Assembly: GCA_903930535.1 (NCBI GenBank)
Contig: CAIYYX010000246.1
Coordinates: 29,850-93,849 of the forward strand
Length of the DNA: 64,000 nucleotides
Direction: 5' to 3'
Source: an uncultured Sterolibacterium sp.
GTDB lineage: Bacteria; Pseudomonadota; Gammaproteobacteria; Burkholderiales; Rhodocyclaceae
Shown piece by piece: positions 11,314 to 22,824 of the stretch (position 1 is the first letter of the stretch; each line of letters opens with the position of its first letter). The notes beneath the pieces are model-generated. The model was not told the origin of the DNA, searched no databases, and saw only the letters and a program-made list of their open reading frames with translations. The position numbers and the translations under genes were made by a program.

Positions 11314-12279
11314 ATGAAACTGATCTTGAAGTTCCTGTTCATCGCGCTCACTTTCTTTTGCGCCGAGTCCATGGCGCAGAACTATCCCTCCAAGCCGATC
11401 AAACTCCTGGTGGGCTATCCTCCCGGCGGCGCCACCGACTTCCTGGCGCGCATCGTCGCACAGCAGATGACGGAACGCTTGGGCCAACCGGTCATCGTGG
11501 AGAACAAGGCCGGCGCCAATTCAATCATTGCCGCGGATTATGTGGCAAAGTCTGCGCCGGACGGTTACACGATTCTCGTCGGCGGCAGCGGCGTGATGAC
11601 ATTCAATCCCGGCCTCTATGAGAAGCTGCCCTACGATACGGCGAGAGACTTAATCCCCATCACCCAATTAGGCGGCTACCACATGGTGTTCGCCGTGAAT
11701 CCGTCGGTTCCTGCGACATCGATAAAGGAACTGATCGCTCTGGCCAAGAGCAAGCCCGGTGCTTTGTTCTACTCTGCCGGAGCGACGCCTTTCATGGTGC
11801 CGACCGAGATGCTCAAGAGACAGGCAGGCATGGACCTCACGCTCGTCCCCTACAAGGGCAGCGCCCAAGCGATCACCGCTGCCGTTGCCGGCCAGGTGGC
11901 TCTGGTCGCGGTGGATCTGCCGCCGGCCATTCCGCAGTTGCAGGCCGGGAAGATTCGCGCCCTGGCGGTATCCGGTCCCAAGAGATCGGCCGCCATGCCC
12001 GATATTCCGACCATGGAAGAAGCCGGTCAAGCGAACTTCGGCATGCTTTTCTGGACGGGACTGTTTGCCCCTGCCGGAACGCCCAGCGCCATCATCGACA
12101 AGCTCTACAGCGAGTTGTCCAGCATCCTCAAGCAAGAGAGTGTGAGAAAGAAGTTTGCCGACCTCGGCTATGAAACAGGAAGCATGGGGATGCCGCCGGC
12201 GGAATTCGAAATCCTGTATAAGGCAGAACTCGCCAAATGGACCAAGGTGTCGCGCGAGCTTAAACTCCGCGCAGATTAA
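11314..12279 (+). CDS. Bug/TctC-family periplasmic solute-binding protein 3
   Basis: Internal ATG at 11314 after [30 protein letters not shown] signal, then [23 protein letters not shown]. More divergent than the first two. Confidence 0.9.
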   Translation: MKLILKFLFIALTFFCAESMAQNYPSKPIKLLVGYPPGGATDFLARIVAQQMTERLGQPVIVENKAGANSIIAADYVAKSAPDGYTILVGGSGVMTFNPGLYEKLPYDTARDLIPITQLGGYHMVFAVNPSVPATSIKELIALAKSKPGALFYSAGATPFMVPTEMLKRQAGMDLTLVPYKGSAQAITAAVAGQVALVAVDLPPAIPQLQAGKIRALAVSGPKRSAAMPDIPTMEEAGQANFGMLFWTGLFAPAGTPSAIIDKLYSELSSILKQESVRKKFADLGYETGSMGMPPAEFEILYKAELAKWTKVSRELKLRAD

Positions 12280-12285
12280 GCAAAG

Positions 12286-12308
12286 AGCCGGGCAGGGAAT
12301 GCCCGGCT
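12286..12308 (+). terminator. Hairpin after the third Bug gene
   Basis: agccgggca-gggaa-tgcccggct, a 9-bp stem 7 nt after the stop. The T-tract is weak. Confidence 0.4.
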
Positions 12309-12341
12309 TGCCGTTGTGGGTCTCGGGTTAGAATTGCAGCG

Positions 12342-14927
12342 ATGAGCAAGCCGGACTCCCCGGTGGGCAACGCCCACACCCCCATGATGATCCAGTACCT
12401 GCGCCTCAAGGCGCAGCATCCGGACATGCTGATGCTCTACCGCATGGGCGACTTCTACGAGTTGTTCTACGGTGATGCAGAGAAGGCTGCGCGACTGCTC
12501 GACATCACGCTGACTGCGCGTGGGCAATCGGCCGGGCAACCCATTCCCATGGCAGGCGTGCCCTACCATGCCATCGAGCAGTATCTGGCGCGACTGGTGA
12601 AACTCGGCGAATCCGTGGCAATCTGCGAACAGATAGGCGACCCTGCCACCAGCAAGGGCCCGGTCGAGCGCGCCGTGACCCGCATCGTCACGCCGGGCAC
12701 ACTGACCGACACGGCGCTCCTCGACGAGAAATCCGACTGCCTGCTGCTCTCCCTGACCCTCGATAAACAAAGAGCCGGACTGGCCTGGCTGAATCTCGCC
12801 AATGGCGAATTGTCTGCCCTGGAGTGTCCGGCCGCTGCCCTGTCTGCGCAATTCGAACGACTGCGGCCAGCCGAACTCCTGCTGCCCGACCGTCTGAGAA
12901 ACCAGGCACTCGAAGTGAGGAACGCAGCAATCAAGCATCTGCCCGATTGGCATTTCGATCCGGAGTCGGCCGCGCGTCTGCTATCCAGCCACTTCGGCAC
13001 GCGCGACCTGGCCGCCTTCATCCCGGATGGTGAGGCCTCGTTTCCGCTCGGCCTGGCCGCCGTCGGCGCATTGTTCCAGTATGCCCGAACCACACAGCAG
13101 CAGGCGCTCACGCATGTCACCGGTCTCAGGATAGAGCATGAGGACGAGTTTTTGCGCCTGGATGCAGCCACCAGGCGCAACCTGGAAATATCCGAGACCC
13201 TGCGCGGTGAGCCCTCTCCCACCCTGCTCTCGCTCCTCGACACCTGCCAGACCGGCATGGGCTCGCGCTGGCTGCGCCACGCCCTGCATCATCCGCTGGC
13301 CGAGCAGAGCGTTGCCGCCTCCCGCCATCATGCCGTCGCCGAACTGATGGATGCTGCCGCCGTGAGTCTGCGCGAAGGCTTGCGCGGCATTGCCGACATC
13401 GAGCGCATCACCAGTCGCATCGCGTTAAAGAGCGCGCGGCCGCGCGACCTCTCTGCGCTCCGGGACAGCCTGGCAGGGCTCGATGGTTTGCGCGATGCCC
13501 TGGCCTCTCCTGTCTCGAAGTTGTTGCAGAAAATTCACGATGATCTGGCCACGCCGGTCTCTCCCCTGACGCTTCTTCAGCAGGCGCTAAAGCCCGAGCC
13601 TGCTACCCTGCTGCGCGAGGGCGGCGTCATCAATGACGGCCATGATGCCGCCCTCGACGAGTTGCGCGCGCTGCAGAACAATTGTGGGGAATTTCTCCTC
13701 GAACTGGAGGCGAGAGAGAAGGCCAGGACAGGCATTGCCAACCTCAAGGTCGAGTTCAACAAGGTGCATGGCTTCTATATCGAGGTCACTCACGCCAACA
13801 CAGACAGGGTTCCCGACGACTATCGTCGCCGCCAGACACTGAAGAATGCCGAGCGCTACATCACGCCCGAACTCAAGGCCTTCGAGGACAAGGCCTTGTC
13901 CGCCAACGAGCGCGCCCTGGCGCTCGAGAAGCAGCTCTACGACGCGCTCCTTTTGGCACTTGCGGCGTTCATCCCGGCGTTCCAGAAAATCGCCCGCGCC
14001 CTGGCGCTGGCTGACGGCCTGGCCGCCTTCGCCGATGCCGCGAAACGCCTCGACTATTGCCGGCCGCTATTCCAGGATGCGCCCGGCATCGAAATCGAGA
14101 CCGGCCGCCATCCGGTGGTGGAAGCGCAGGTGGATGAGTTTATCGCCAACGATGCGCGCTTCTCCGTCACGAGACGCATGCTGCTCGTCACCGGGCCCAA
14201 TATGGGCGGCAAATCAACGTATATGCGATCAGTCGCGCTGATCGTCCTGCTCGCCCATTGCGGCAGTTTCGTGCCGGCGGCTGCGGCCCGCATCGGGCCT
14301 ATAGACGCGATCTTCACCCGCATCGGCGCTTCGGACGATCTCGCCTCGGGCCGCTCCACTTTCATGGTCGAGATGACCGAAGCGGCAGCCATCCTGCACG
14401 GGGCGACGGAACAGTCGCTGGTGCTGATGGACGAGATCGGCCGCGGCACCTCGACCTTCGACGGACTGGCGCTGGCCTTCGCCATTGCCCGCCACCTGAT
14501 AGAGAAGAATCGCGCTTACACGCTTTTCTCGACACACTATTTCGAATTGACGCAACTCGCACAGAACTATCCGCAATGTGCCAATGTGCATCTCGACGCC
14601 GTCGAGCACGGCCATGCCATCGTTTTCCTGCACGCCCTGGAAGAAGGTCCAGCGAGCCGGAGTTATGGCATTCAGGTGGCGGCCCTGGCCGGCATCCCCC
14701 TCGGCGTCATCCGAGACGCCAAGAGACATCTCACTGCACTGGAAAACCGCGCAGCTGGTCAATGCGGCGAGCAAGGCGGACAATTCGATCTTTTCGCCGC
14801 GGCCCCCCCCGTCGCCGAGGAGAAGTCGCATCCCGCACTGGAGGCTCTGTGCGATCTCAACCCCGATGCGCTAAGCCCTCGCGAGGCGCTTGAGAAGCTC
14901 TACGAATTGAAGAGGCTGGCGGGCTGA
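12342..14927 (+). CDS. mutS: DNA mismatch repair protein MutS
   Basis: 861 aa. [34 protein letters not shown] (mismatch-binding domain) and Walker [13 protein letters not shown]. Confidence 0.95.
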   Translation: MSKPDSPVGNAHTPMMIQYLRLKAQHPDMLMLYRMGDFYELFYGDAEKAARLLDITLTARGQSAGQPIPMAGVPYHAIEQYLARLVKLGESVAICEQIGDPATSKGPVERAVTRIVTPGTLTDTALLDEKSDCLLLSLTLDKQRAGLAWLNLANGELSALECPAAALSAQFERLRPAELLLPDRLRNQALEVRNAAIKHLPDWHFDPESAARLLSSHFGTRDLAAFIPDGEASFPLGLAAVGALFQYARTTQQQALTHVTGLRIEHEDEFLRLDAATRRNLEISETLRGEPSPTLLSLLDTCQTGMGSRWLRHALHHPLAEQSVAASRHHAVAELMDAAAVSLREGLRGIADIERITSRIALKSARPRDLSALRDSLAGLDGLRDALASPVSKLLQKIHDDLATPVSPLTLLQQALKPEPATLLREGGVINDGHDAALDELRALQNNCGEFLLELEAREKARTGIANLKVEFNKVHGFYIEVTHANTDRVPDDYRRRQTLKNAERYITPELKAFEDKALSANERALALEKQLYDALLLALAAFIPAFQKIARALALADGLAAFADAAKRLDYCRPLFQDAPGIEIETGRHPVVEAQVDEFIANDARFSVTRRMLLVTGPNMGGKSTYMRSVALIVLLAHCGSFVPAAAARIGPIDAIFTRIGASDDLASGRSTFMVEMTEAAAILHGATEQSLVLMDEIGRGTSTFDGLALAFAIARHLIEKNRAYTLFSTHYFELTQLAQNYPQCANVHLDAVEHGHAIVFLHALEEGPASRSYGIQVAALAGIPLGVIRDAKRHLTALENRAAGQCGEQGGQFDLFAAAPPVAEEKSHPALEALCDLNPDALSPREALEKLYELKRLAG

Positions 14928-14938
14928 TCTATTGGTAT

Positions 14939-15002
14939 TCCCCGCGGACGCGGGGACCCAGGCAGTCAAGGAAAGCCACTGGATTCCCGCTTTCGCGGGA
15001 AT
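14939..15002. repeat. Two REP-like GC-rich hairpins (TCCCCGCG..CGCGGGGA and ATTCCCGC-TTTC-GCGGGAAT)
   Basis: Seen directly between the convergent mutS and slyD genes. A degenerate third copy lies at 41430-41449. Confidence 0.5.
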
Positions 15003-15010
15003 GACAGCAT

Positions 15011-15490
15011 TTAATGCTGGTGACCACCCGCGCCATGGACATGGCCGTGGGTGAGTTCTTCCTGGGTGGCCATGCGCACATCCGCGACGGTGCAGGCGAA
15101 CATCAGTGCCATGCCCGCGAGGGGATGGTTGCCATCGACCACCACCTTGTCGCCCTCTATCTCGGTGATGGTAAACAGCATGTCCTCATCGCCATCATCG
15201 GCGGCGCGCTCGAACTGCATGCCAACCTCGATTGAGTCAGGGAAGAGGTTGCGCGACTCGATATTGACCAACTCGGCGTCGTATTCGCCGAAGGCCTCGT
15301 TGGGCTCCAGTTTGACATTGAGCATGGCGCCGACATCCTTGCCGTGCAGGGCCTCCTCTATGGTCGGGAAGATGCCGTCGTAGCCGCCGTGAATATAAAC
15401 GAGGGGTTCGCTCCCGGCGTCTATGAGGTTGCCCTCGGTGTCCTGGACCTTGTAGTCGAGTGTCACGACAGTGTTTTTGATAATTTGCAT
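15011..15490 (-). CDS. slyD: FKBP-type peptidyl-prolyl isomerase SlyD-like with a His-rich tail
   Basis: MQIIKNTVVTLDYKVQDTEGNLIDAG...GNHPLAGMALMF...THGHVHGAGGHQH. Confidence 0.85.
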   Translation of the reverse strand: MQIIKNTVVTLDYKVQDTEGNLIDAGSEPLVYIHGGYDGIFPTIEEALHGKDVGAMLNVKLEPNEAFGEYDAELVNIESRNLFPDSIEVGMQFERAADDGDEDMLFTITEIEGDKVVVDGNHPLAGMALMFACTVADVRMATQEELTHGHVHGAGGHQH

Positions 15491-15960
15491 GGCATCTCCA
15501 GTTGTTTGACGAGTTGCAGGATTTCGGCCACATGTCCGCGCGGCTTTATATCATAGAGCGCATGCCTGACGACGCCGAGGCTGTCGATGACGAAGGTGGA
15601 GCGCACGATGCACAGCTTCTTCGCACCGTCCTTCTCCCGCATTTGGCTCACCCCATACTTGCGGCTGACTTCGCCTTCCATGTCCGCCAGGAGGCGCACC
15701 GAAAGTCCGTGCTTGTCGCGAAACTCGGCATGGCTCAGGCAATCGTCGCGGCTGACGCCGAGGATGACGCAACCGCTGCGCGTAAACTCATCCTCGCGAT
15801 CGCTGAAGTCTATGGCTTCGAGCGTGCAATAGGGGGTGTCATCGCGCGGATAGAAGAACAGCACGGCATGCTGCTTGCCGCGCAGCGATTTCAGCACAAA
15901 AGTCTCCATGTCCGCATCGGGCAAAGAAAATTCGGGTGCTGATTGGCCAGCTTGCAGCAT
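15463..15960 (-). CDS. bcp: Peroxiredoxin, Bcp type
   Basis: MLQAGQSAPEFSLPDADMETFVLKSLRGKQHAVLFFYPRDDTPYCTLEA (peroxidatic Cys context). The ATG at 15960 has GGAG 5 nt upstream. The 3' end overlaps the slyD start by 28 nt. Confidence 0.85.
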   Translation of the reverse strand: MLQAGQSAPEFSLPDADMETFVLKSLRGKQHAVLFFYPRDDTPYCTLEAIDFSDREDEFTRSGCVILGVSRDDCLSHAEFRDKHGLSVRLLADMEGEVSRKYGVSQMREKDGAKKLCIVRSTFVIDSLGVVRHALYDIKPRGHVAEILQLVKQLEMPCKLSKTLS

Positions 15961-16084
15961 GTCTACTCCATTGGGATTGCGCACCGATTCTAACCGAGGC
16001 TTTCACAAAAAATCCAGCTTCTCTGTAATGATTTCGCCAACCCTTGCCTGAAGCTTCCACGCCACCCGGAGAAGCAGTCGCGCT

Positions 16085-17188
16085 TTAGGGGCGGTGTGGC
16101 TCGGCGAGATACTCCTGCGAGCGCATCTCGATCAGGCGACTGACTGTGCGTTTGAACTCCCCGGCCTGGACGCCCTCGCAATAGAGGTCCTCTGCCGCGC
16201 AGGCCGCGCTCAAGAGAAGCTTGACGCGGCCGTCGTAGAGCACGTCGATGAGCCAGGTGAAACGGCGCGCTTCCGAGGCCCTGTCGCGATCCAGGCGCGG
16301 AACCCGGGACAGCAGCAATGTCGGGAAGCGGCGGGCCAGTTCGAGATAATCGTTCTGCGAACGTGCGCCGCCGCAGAGGGTGGCAAAGTCGAACCAGATC
16401 ACGCCCGGGGCGCGCCGCAACACGCCAAGCTCGCGGCCTTGAACCAGCAGGGGGCGATCATGACCTTCACCGCCGGCGATCTGGCGAAAGCCCTCCGCCA
16501 GTTTGCGCTCGGCGGCGGCATCGGCTGGCAGCAAATAGCTTTCCATCTGCTGCAGGGCACGCAGGCGGTAGTCGATGCCGCTATCGACTTCGATGACGTC
16601 CAGGCGCTCCTTGAGCAGCGCAATGGTCGGCAGGAAATTTTGGCGCTGCAGACCGTTGGCATAGAGGCCTTCGGGCGGGTAATTCGAGGTCACGCAGAAA
16701 ACCACGCCGCGCTCGAACAAGGCAGTGAGCAGTCGTCCCAGAATCATCGCATCGGCGATATCCGAGATATGGAGATCATCGAAGCAGAAGACGCGGGTTT
16801 TCATCGCGATGGTGTCTGCGACCTTGAGCAGTGGATCGGTTTCGTGCCTGTATTTCTTCAATTCCCCATGCACTTCCGCCATGAAGGCATGGAAATGCAG
16901 GCGGCGCTTGCGCCTGTATGGCAGAGCGGCGAAAAAGCAGTCCATCAGGAGCGTCTTGCCGCGCCCCACCCCGCCCCAGAAATAGATGCCGCGCGGCAAG
17001 TCAGGCCGCACCAGGATTTTTCGCAGGCGGCTCCTGCGCTTATGCTTGAAGGCGACGAGGTCTTCGTGCAGACGCTGCAGGCGCTCCGCAGCGGCACGCT
17101 GCGCGGCATCGATGGCGAAGCCGCGATCGTCGCATTGTGCCTGGAAAGCTTTGAGCATGCCCGGCGTATCGCTGTCTATGAGTGCCAT
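16085..17188 (-). CDS. zapE: AFG1/ZapE-family ATPase
   Basis: 367 aa. Walker A is YFWGGVGRGKTLLMD and Walker B is FCFDDLHISD. It sits downstream of lpdA, as in many proteobacteria. Confidence 0.85.
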   Translation of the reverse strand: MALIDSDTPGMLKAFQAQCDDRGFAIDAAQRAAAERLQRLHEDLVAFKHKRRSRLRKILVRPDLPRGIYFWGGVGRGKTLLMDCFFAALPYRRKRRLHFHAFMAEVHGELKKYRHETDPLLKVADTIAMKTRVFCFDDLHISDIADAMILGRLLTALFERGVVFCVTSNYPPEGLYANGLQRQNFLPTIALLKERLDVIEVDSGIDYRLRALQQMESYLLPADAAAERKLAEGFRQIAGGEGHDRPLLVQGRELGVLRRAPGVIWFDFATLCGGARSQNDYLELARRFPTLLLSRVPRLDRDRASEARRFTWLIDVLYDGRVKLLLSAACAAEDLYCEGVQAGEFKRTVSRLIEMRSQEYLAEPHRP

Positions 17189-17193
17189 GGAGA

Positions 17194-17243
17194 GTAGGTC
17201 GGGCTTTCGATGGAGACAACCGAACGGGTGCAGCCCGACCTAC
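17194..17243. repeat. GTAGGTCGGGCT...AGCCCGACCTAC palindrome (12-bp arms, 26-nt spacer) after lpdA
   Basis: Seen directly. A related GTAGGTCGGCC-TTTA-GGCCGACCTAC occurs at 37714-37739. It may serve as a terminator. Confidence 0.45.
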
Positions 17244-17252
17244 CATTGAATC

Positions 17253-18704
17253 TCAAAAATGCAAAGAACGTTTGTCGACGGCAAGCGCAGCCTCGTGCAT
17301 CGCCTCGGACAGCGTCGGGTGGGCATGGCAGATGCGGGCGATGTCTTCCGAACTGGCGCCGAAGTCCATCGCAACCACGGCCTCGGCCACCAGTTCGGAG
17401 GCATTGTTGCCGATGATATGCACGCCCAGGATACGGTCTGTCTTGGCATCCGCCAGCATCTTGACGAAGCCTGTGGTGTCTCCCTGGCCCAGCGCGCGGC
17501 CGTTGGCCGCGAAGGGAATCTGGCCGATGCGATAGTCTACGCCTTCGCTCTTCAGTTGCTGCTCGGTCTTGCCTACCCAGGCGATTTCAGGATGCGTATA
17601 GATCACCCAGGGAACCGTGTTGTAATCGATATGACCGGCCTGCCCTGCGATCAACTCGGTGACCATGACGCCCTCTTCCATGCCCTTGTGGGCCAGCATC
17701 GGACCCGGCACGACGTCGCCCACCGCCCAGACGTTTTCCAGGTTGGTGCGGCATTGACCATCGACCGCGATGCGGCCGCGCTCGTCCAACTGCAGGCCGA
17801 CGTTGTCGCAGCCCAAGCCTTCCGTATAGGGAAGACGGCCGACCGAGACAATCAGCTTGTCGCATTCCAGGGTGTAGGTTTCATCATTGGCTTCGTACTC
17901 GACGGTAACCGTGCCGCGCCGGCCCAGGCTGACTTTGCCTATCTTGACGCCAAGATTGATGTTCAGGCCCTGCCTCTGCGTGAATACCTTCCAGGCCTCC
18001 TTGGCCACGGCTTGGTCTGCGGCGGCGAGGAAATCGGGCAGCGCTTCGAGTATGGTCACTTCTGAACCCAGTCGCTTCCAGACGCTGCCCAGTTCGAGGC
18101 CGATGACGCCCGCGCCGATGACGCCCAGACGCTTTGGCACGGCGTCGAATGCCAGCGCACCGGCATTGTCGCAGATCACCTTGTTATCGACCGGAATCCC
18201 CGGCAGGTGGCGCGGCACGGAGCCCGTGGCGACGATGACATGCCTGGCCTCGACGATTTCGCTGCCGATTTTGCTACCACTCGCGCCCGCCACTTCGATC
18301 TGCCAGTAGTCCTCATCGCGGCCGACGAACTTGCCATGGCCGGGCAACAACACCACCTTGTTCTTCTTGAACAGGCCGCGGATGCCACTGGTGAGTTGGC
18401 CGACGATATTGTCCTTGCGCCGCATCATGGTGGCGACGTCGATCTTGACGTTGTCCAGGCCGATGCCGTGCATGACGAAGGAGTGATTGGCCTGTTCAAA
18501 AAGTTCGGAAGACTGCAAGAGCGCCTTGGAGGGAATGCAACCCACATTGAGACAGGTTCCACCCAGGCGCACCTCGCCCTTGGGATCGGCATAAGCCTGC
18601 GCTTCAATGCAGGCCGAGGAGAGCCCGAGTTGCGCCGCGCGGATGGCGGCGACATAGCCTCCCGGGCCGCCGCCTATGACCAGCACATCGAATTTTTTGG
18701 CCAT
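17253..18704 (-). CDS. lpdA: Dihydrolipoyl dehydrogenase (E3)
   Basis: [27 protein letters not shown]...[13 protein letters not shown] (redox disulfide), 483 aa. Confidence 0.95.
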   Translation of the reverse strand: MAKKFDVLVIGGGPGGYVAAIRAAQLGLSSACIEAQAYADPKGEVRLGGTCLNVGCIPSKALLQSSELFEQANHSFVMHGIGLDNVKIDVATMMRRKDNIVGQLTSGIRGLFKKNKVVLLPGHGKFVGRDEDYWQIEVAGASGSKIGSEIVEARHVIVATGSVPRHLPGIPVDNKVICDNAGALAFDAVPKRLGVIGAGVIGLELGSVWKRLGSEVTILEALPDFLAAADQAVAKEAWKVFTQRQGLNINLGVKIGKVSLGRRGTVTVEYEANDETYTLECDKLIVSVGRLPYTEGLGCDNVGLQLDERGRIAVDGQCRTNLENVWAVGDVVPGPMLAHKGMEEGVMVTELIAGQAGHIDYNTVPWVIYTHPEIAWVGKTEQQLKSEGVDYRIGQIPFAANGRALGQGDTTGFVKMLADAKTDRILGVHIIGNNASELVAEAVVAMDFGASSEDIARICHAHPTLSEAMHEAALAVDKRSLHF

Positions 18705-18708
18705 GATC

Positions 18709-19962
18709 TCAGACCTCCAGGAGCAGACGAGCCGGGTCTTCCAGCGTTTCCTTGATCGTGACCAGCCCGAGCACGGCTTCGCGGCCGTCGATGATTCTGT
18801 GATCGTAGGACATGGCGAAGTAGTTCATCGGCCGCACCACGACCTGTCCGTTCTCGACGACCGCGCGCTCCTTCGTCGCATGGATGCCGAGAATCGCCGA
18901 CTGCGGCGGGTTGATGATGGGCGTCGAGAGCATGGAGCCGAAGACGCCACCGTTGGAGATGGAGAAGGTGCCACCGGTGAGATCCTCGAGGGTGAGTTTG
19001 CCTTCCTTGGCCTTGGCACCATATTCCGCGACCTTCTTCTCGATGTCGGCGATGCTCATCTGGTCTACGTCGCGCAGGATGGGAACGACCAGCCCGCGCG
19101 GGCTGCCCACCGCAATGCCGATGTCGAAGTAGCCATGGTAGATGACGTCGTTGCCATCGACCGAGGCATTCAACACCGGATATTTCTTCAGCGCGGCAAC
19201 GACCGCCTTGACGAAGAAGGACATGAAACCCAGACGCACGCCGTGTTCCTTCTCGAATTTCTCGGCGTACTTCTTGCGCATTTCCATCACCGGCGCCATG
19301 TTCACCTCGTTGAAGGTGGTCAGGATGGCATTCTGGGCCTGGGACTGCAGCAGGCGTTCGGCAATGCGGGCGCGCAGGCGGCTCATGGGCACGCGCTGCT
19401 CGAGACGGTCGCCCAGCACGGCATCGACATTCACCGCCAGCGGCTGCGACAGCGCCGGCTTCGCTGCCGGTGCTAAGACAGGTGCGGCTGCAACGGGAGC
19501 ACCGGCACTCAGGACATCGCCCTTGGTGATGCGGCCACCGCGGCCTGTGCCGGCCACTTCGTCCGCAGTGATGCCCTTCTCTGCCATCATCTTGCGCGCT
19601 GCCGGCATGAGCTTTGGCGCTTCCTTGGTGATCGGAGAGCCCGCGGGAGCGTGAGGGGAAGTGTCTGGTGCGACCGCTCCGCCCTTTCCCGAGGTTACCG
19701 AGGCGGCCGAAGTGTCTATGGCCGCCTCGGTATCGATATGCGCGATCACTTCGCCGCTGACCACGGTGGCACCGTCGCCCTTGAGGATTTTTACGATGAC
19801 CCCGGCCTGGGGTGCCGGCAGTTCGAGCACGACCTTGTCGGTTTCGATGTCTATCAGGTTCTCGTCCCTCTCGACCTGCTCGCCTTCTCCCTTGTGCCAA
19901 CCCACCAGGGTCGCTTCAGCGACCGACTCGGAGAGTTGCGGGACTTTGACTTCAATCAGCAT
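18709..19962 (-). CDS. sucB: 2-oxoglutarate dehydrogenase E2, dihydrolipoyllysine succinyltransferase
   Basis: Lipoyl domain [24 protein letters not shown]...[12 protein letters not shown] and catalytic motif [13 protein letters not shown]. Confidence 0.95.
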   Translation of the reverse strand: MLIEVKVPQLSESVAEATLVGWHKGEGEQVERDENLIDIETDKVVLELPAPQAGVIVKILKGDGATVVSGEVIAHIDTEAAIDTSAASVTSGKGGAVAPDTSPHAPAGSPITKEAPKLMPAARKMMAEKGITADEVAGTGRGGRITKGDVLSAGAPVAAAPVLAPAAKPALSQPLAVNVDAVLGDRLEQRVPMSRLRARIAERLLQSQAQNAILTTFNEVNMAPVMEMRKKYAEKFEKEHGVRLGFMSFFVKAVVAALKKYPVLNASVDGNDVIYHGYFDIGIAVGSPRGLVVPILRDVDQMSIADIEKKVAEYGAKAKEGKLTLEDLTGGTFSISNGGVFGSMLSTPIINPPQSAILGIHATKERAVVENGQVVVRPMNYFAMSYDHRIIDGREAVLGLVTIKETLEDPARLLLEV

Positions 19963-19970
19963 GGTGGCTC

Positions 19971-22802
19971 CTATTCCTGTACTTTCAGCTTGCCGAAGGC
20001 CTCATCGACGAGAGCCTTCTGCTGGGCATTGTGTTTGGCGTAGTAGCCGACCGCTGGTGAAGCCGAGGCAGAACGGGCGACGACATAGAGTTTCTGCCCG
20101 TCCCGCAGACCGTTGACGAAGTTGTGCCGGGTGGCGAACCAGGCGCCCTGGTTCTGCGGCTCTTCCTGGCACCAGACGAGTTCCTTGGCGTTCGGATATT
20201 TCTTCACTTCTGCGGCGAAGGCCTTGTCCGGGAAGGGATAGAGCTGCTCGACGCGCAGCAGGGCGCAGTGCGCACTCTTGCCCTCGCGGCGCGCCGCCAG
20301 GAGATCGAAATAAACCTTGCCTGAGCACAGGACGATGCGCTTGACCTTCTTGGCATCGAGTTCGTCGACTTCGCCGATAATCGTCTGGAACTGTCCTTTG
20401 GCCAGATCGTCGAGAGAGGAGACCGCGTCCTTGTGCCGCAGCAGAGACTTGGGCGTCATGACGATCAGCGGTTTGCGCAGCTTGCGCAGCATCTGACGGC
20501 GCAACAGATGGTAGATCTGGGCTGGCGTGCTCGGCACGCAGACCTGCATGTTCTGCTCGGCGCAGAGTTGCAGATAGCGCTCCAGGCGCGCCGAGGAGTG
20601 CTCCGGACCCTGTCCCTCGTAGCCGTGCGGCAAGAGCAGTACCAGGCCGGAGAGGCGGCCCCATTTCGCTTCGCCCGAGCTGATGAACTGGTCAATGACG
20701 ACCTGGGCGCCGTTGGCGAAGTCGCCGAACTGTCCCTCCCAGATCACCAATTCGTTCGGCTCCGCGGTCGAATAGCCGTATTCGAAACCAAGCACGCCCT
20801 CTTCGGAGAGCACGGAATCGATCACGATGAACGCGGCCTGCTTTTCCTGGATATGCTGCAAAGGCAGCCAGGTGCCGGCATCCCAGCGCTCGCGGTTCTG
20901 GTCGTGGAGCACGGCATGGCGGTGAAAGAAGGTACCGCGGCCGCTGTCCTCGCCTGAGACGCGCACCGCATAGCCTTCCACCAGCAAGGTGGCATAGGCC
21001 AGGGTCTCACCCATGCCCCAGTCGAGCGGCAGCTTACCCTCCCCCATGCGCCGCCTGTCCTCGATGATTTTCTGCACCCGGGAATGCAGGGTGAAGTTCT
21101 CGGGAATGTCCGTGAGCCGCGCCGCCAGCCTCTTGAGATCGGCGAGCGGCACGGCGGTGGCGCAGTCATCGGTGTATTTCTGCGCGACGAAGGGAGTCCA
21201 ATCCACCGCAAACTGCCGCTGATAATTGGAAAGTACCGGGTTGTAGAGCAATTCGCCGCGATCGAGCGCAGCCCGATAGTCCTTGATCATCTGCTCGGCA
21301 TCGCCTGCGGCGATCACCCCCTGGGCCAGGAGCTTGTCGGCATAGAGTTTTCGCGTGCCGGGGTGGGCCGCGATCTTCTTGTACATCAGGGGTTGGGTCA
21401 CCATGGGCTCGTCCTGCTCGTTGTGGCCGAGCTTGCGGAAACAGATCAGGTCGACGACGACGTCCATCTTGAATTCCTTGCGGAAATCCATGGCAATCCG
21501 GGTCACCAGCGCCACGGCTTCCGGATCGTCGCCATTGACATGGAAAATCGGCGCCTCGACCATCTTGAAGATGTCGGTGCAGTACAACGAGGAACGGTAG
21601 TCACGCAGATCGGAAGTGGTGAAGCCGATCTGGTTGTTGATGACGATATGCACCGTGCCGCCGGTGCCGAAACCGCGCGTCTGGGAGAAGTTCAGAATCT
21701 CCTGGTTCACGCCCTGTCCTGCCACCGCCGCATCGCCGTGGATCAACACCGGCAACACCTGGGCGCCGGTGTGGTCAAGGCGGCGGCGCTGGCGCGCATA
21801 GACCGAGCCCTCGACGACCGGGTTCACGATTTCCAGGTGGGAGGGATTGAAGGCCAGCGTCAGATGCACCGCCCCTCCTGGAGTCGCGAGGTTGGACGAG
21901 AATCCCTTGTGGTACTTGACGTCGCCCGAAGAGAGTTCGTCTGCATGCTGGCCCTCGAACTCGGAGAACAGGCCCTCAGGCGACTTGCCCAGGATATTGA
22001 CCAGGACGTTGAGGCGACCGCGATGGGCCATGCCGATGACGATCTCCTGGACGCCATCGGCGCCGGCTTCGCGCACCAGTTCGTCCATGGCGACGATGGT
22101 CGCCTCGCTGCCTTCGAGCGAGAAGCGCTTCTGGCCGACATACCGGGTATGCAGATAGCGCTCCAGCGTCTCGGCCGCGGTGAGACGCTCCAACATGCGT
22201 TTCTTCTGCTCCGGCGAGCAGTTCGGCGTCGAGCGGACCGGCTCCAACCGGGCCTGGATCCAGCGCTTGTGCGAGATGTTGGTGATGTACATGTACTCGG
22301 CACCGATGGCGCCGCAGTATGTCTGGCGCAGCGCCTCGAGAATCTCGCGCAGGCTGGCATGCTCGGGGCCGAAGGCGAAAGAGCCTGTGCCGAAAATGCC
22401 GCCCAGATCGGCTTCGGTGAAGCCGTAATAAGCCGGATCAAGTTCGGCGATGGCCGGCCGCTCGGTGCGCTTCAGTGGATCGAGTTGAGCCCAGCGATTG
22501 CCCAGGAAGCGGTAGGCATTGATCAATTGCATCACCTTGATCTGCCTGCTGTCGGCAGCCGGCGCCTTCACCGCTCGCAGGGCGCCCTGCTTGGCGCGCT
22601 GCGCGAAGGAAGCGACGATCGGGCCGTGAGCCACGTCGGGCGCGTTGCCGGTGCCCGGTCCGGGAAGGTTCTGCAACTGGTCGAAATAGTCGCGCCAAGC
22701 GGGGGTCACGTCCCCCGGATTGTTGAGGTAAGTCTCATAGAGATCCTCGATGAACGGCGCGTTGGCTCCATAGAGATAGGAGTTGGCAAGCATTTGCTTC
22801 AT
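19971..22802 (-). CDS. sucA: 2-oxoglutarate dehydrogenase E1
   Basis: [26 protein letters not shown]..., about 943 aa, with the ThDP region [13 protein letters not shown]. The track start at 22814 is GTG; the ATG at 22802 matches SucA N-termini. Confidence 0.95.
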   Translation of the reverse strand: MKQMLANSYLYGANAPFIEDLYETYLNNPGDVTPAWRDYFDQLQNLPGPGTGNAPDVAHGPIVASFAQRAKQGALRAVKAPAADSRQIKVMQLINAYRFLGNRWAQLDPLKRTERPAIAELDPAYYGFTEADLGGIFGTGSFAFGPEHASLREILEALRQTYCGAIGAEYMYITNISHKRWIQARLEPVRSTPNCSPEQKKRMLERLTAAETLERYLHTRYVGQKRFSLEGSEATIVAMDELVREAGADGVQEIVIGMAHRGRLNVLVNILGKSPEGLFSEFEGQHADELSSGDVKYHKGFSSNLATPGGAVHLTLAFNPSHLEIVNPVVEGSVYARQRRRLDHTGAQVLPVLIHGDAAVAGQGVNQEILNFSQTRGFGTGGTVHIVINNQIGFTTSDLRDYRSSLYCTDIFKMVEAPIFHVNGDDPEAVALVTRIAMDFRKEFKMDVVVDLICFRKLGHNEQDEPMVTQPLMYKKIAAHPGTRKLYADKLLAQGVIAAGDAEQMIKDYRAALDRGELLYNPVLSNYQRQFAVDWTPFVAQKYTDDCATAVPLADLKRLAARLTDIPENFTLHSRVQKIIEDRRRMGEGKLPLDWGMGETLAYATLLVEGYAVRVSGEDSGRGTFFHRHAVLHDQNRERWDAGTWLPLQHIQEKQAAFIVIDSVLSEEGVLGFEYGYSTAEPNELVIWEGQFGDFANGAQVVIDQFISSGEAKWGRLSGLVLLLPHGYEGQGPEHSSARLERYLQLCAEQNMQVCVPSTPAQIYHLLRRQMLRKLRKPLIVMTPKSLLRHKDAVSSLDDLAKGQFQTIIGEVDELDAKKVKRIVLCSGKVYFDLLAARREGKSAHCALLRVEQLYPFPDKAFAAEVKKYPNAKELVWCQEEPQNQGAWFATRHNFVNGLRDGQKLYVVARSASASPAVGYYAKHNAQQKALVDEAFGKLKVQE

Positions 22803-22824
22803 CTTTTGCGTCACCGTGAGGCTG

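Noticed and set aside
14939-15002. Possible CRISPR repeats or tRNA genes in the intergenic gaps (also 15984-16085, 51486-51633, 56969-57064)
   Set aside because: The hairpins are single or paired palindromes without regularly spaced repeat-spacer units. None of the gaps shows a cloverleaf-compatible 70-90 nt segment by eye. A tRNAscan/Infernal run would be needed to exclude small RNAs formally.
16094-17197. 367-aa plus-strand ORF that mirrors zapE almost end to end, with the same length and a 9-nt offset
   Set aside because: It is codon-aligned antisense to zapE (same coordinate phase). In that register, antisense stops correspond to the sense codons TTA, CTA and TCA, which this GC-rich genome avoids, so long open shadows are expected. 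The product is a low-complexity G/A/R/H/Q-rich string with no motif.
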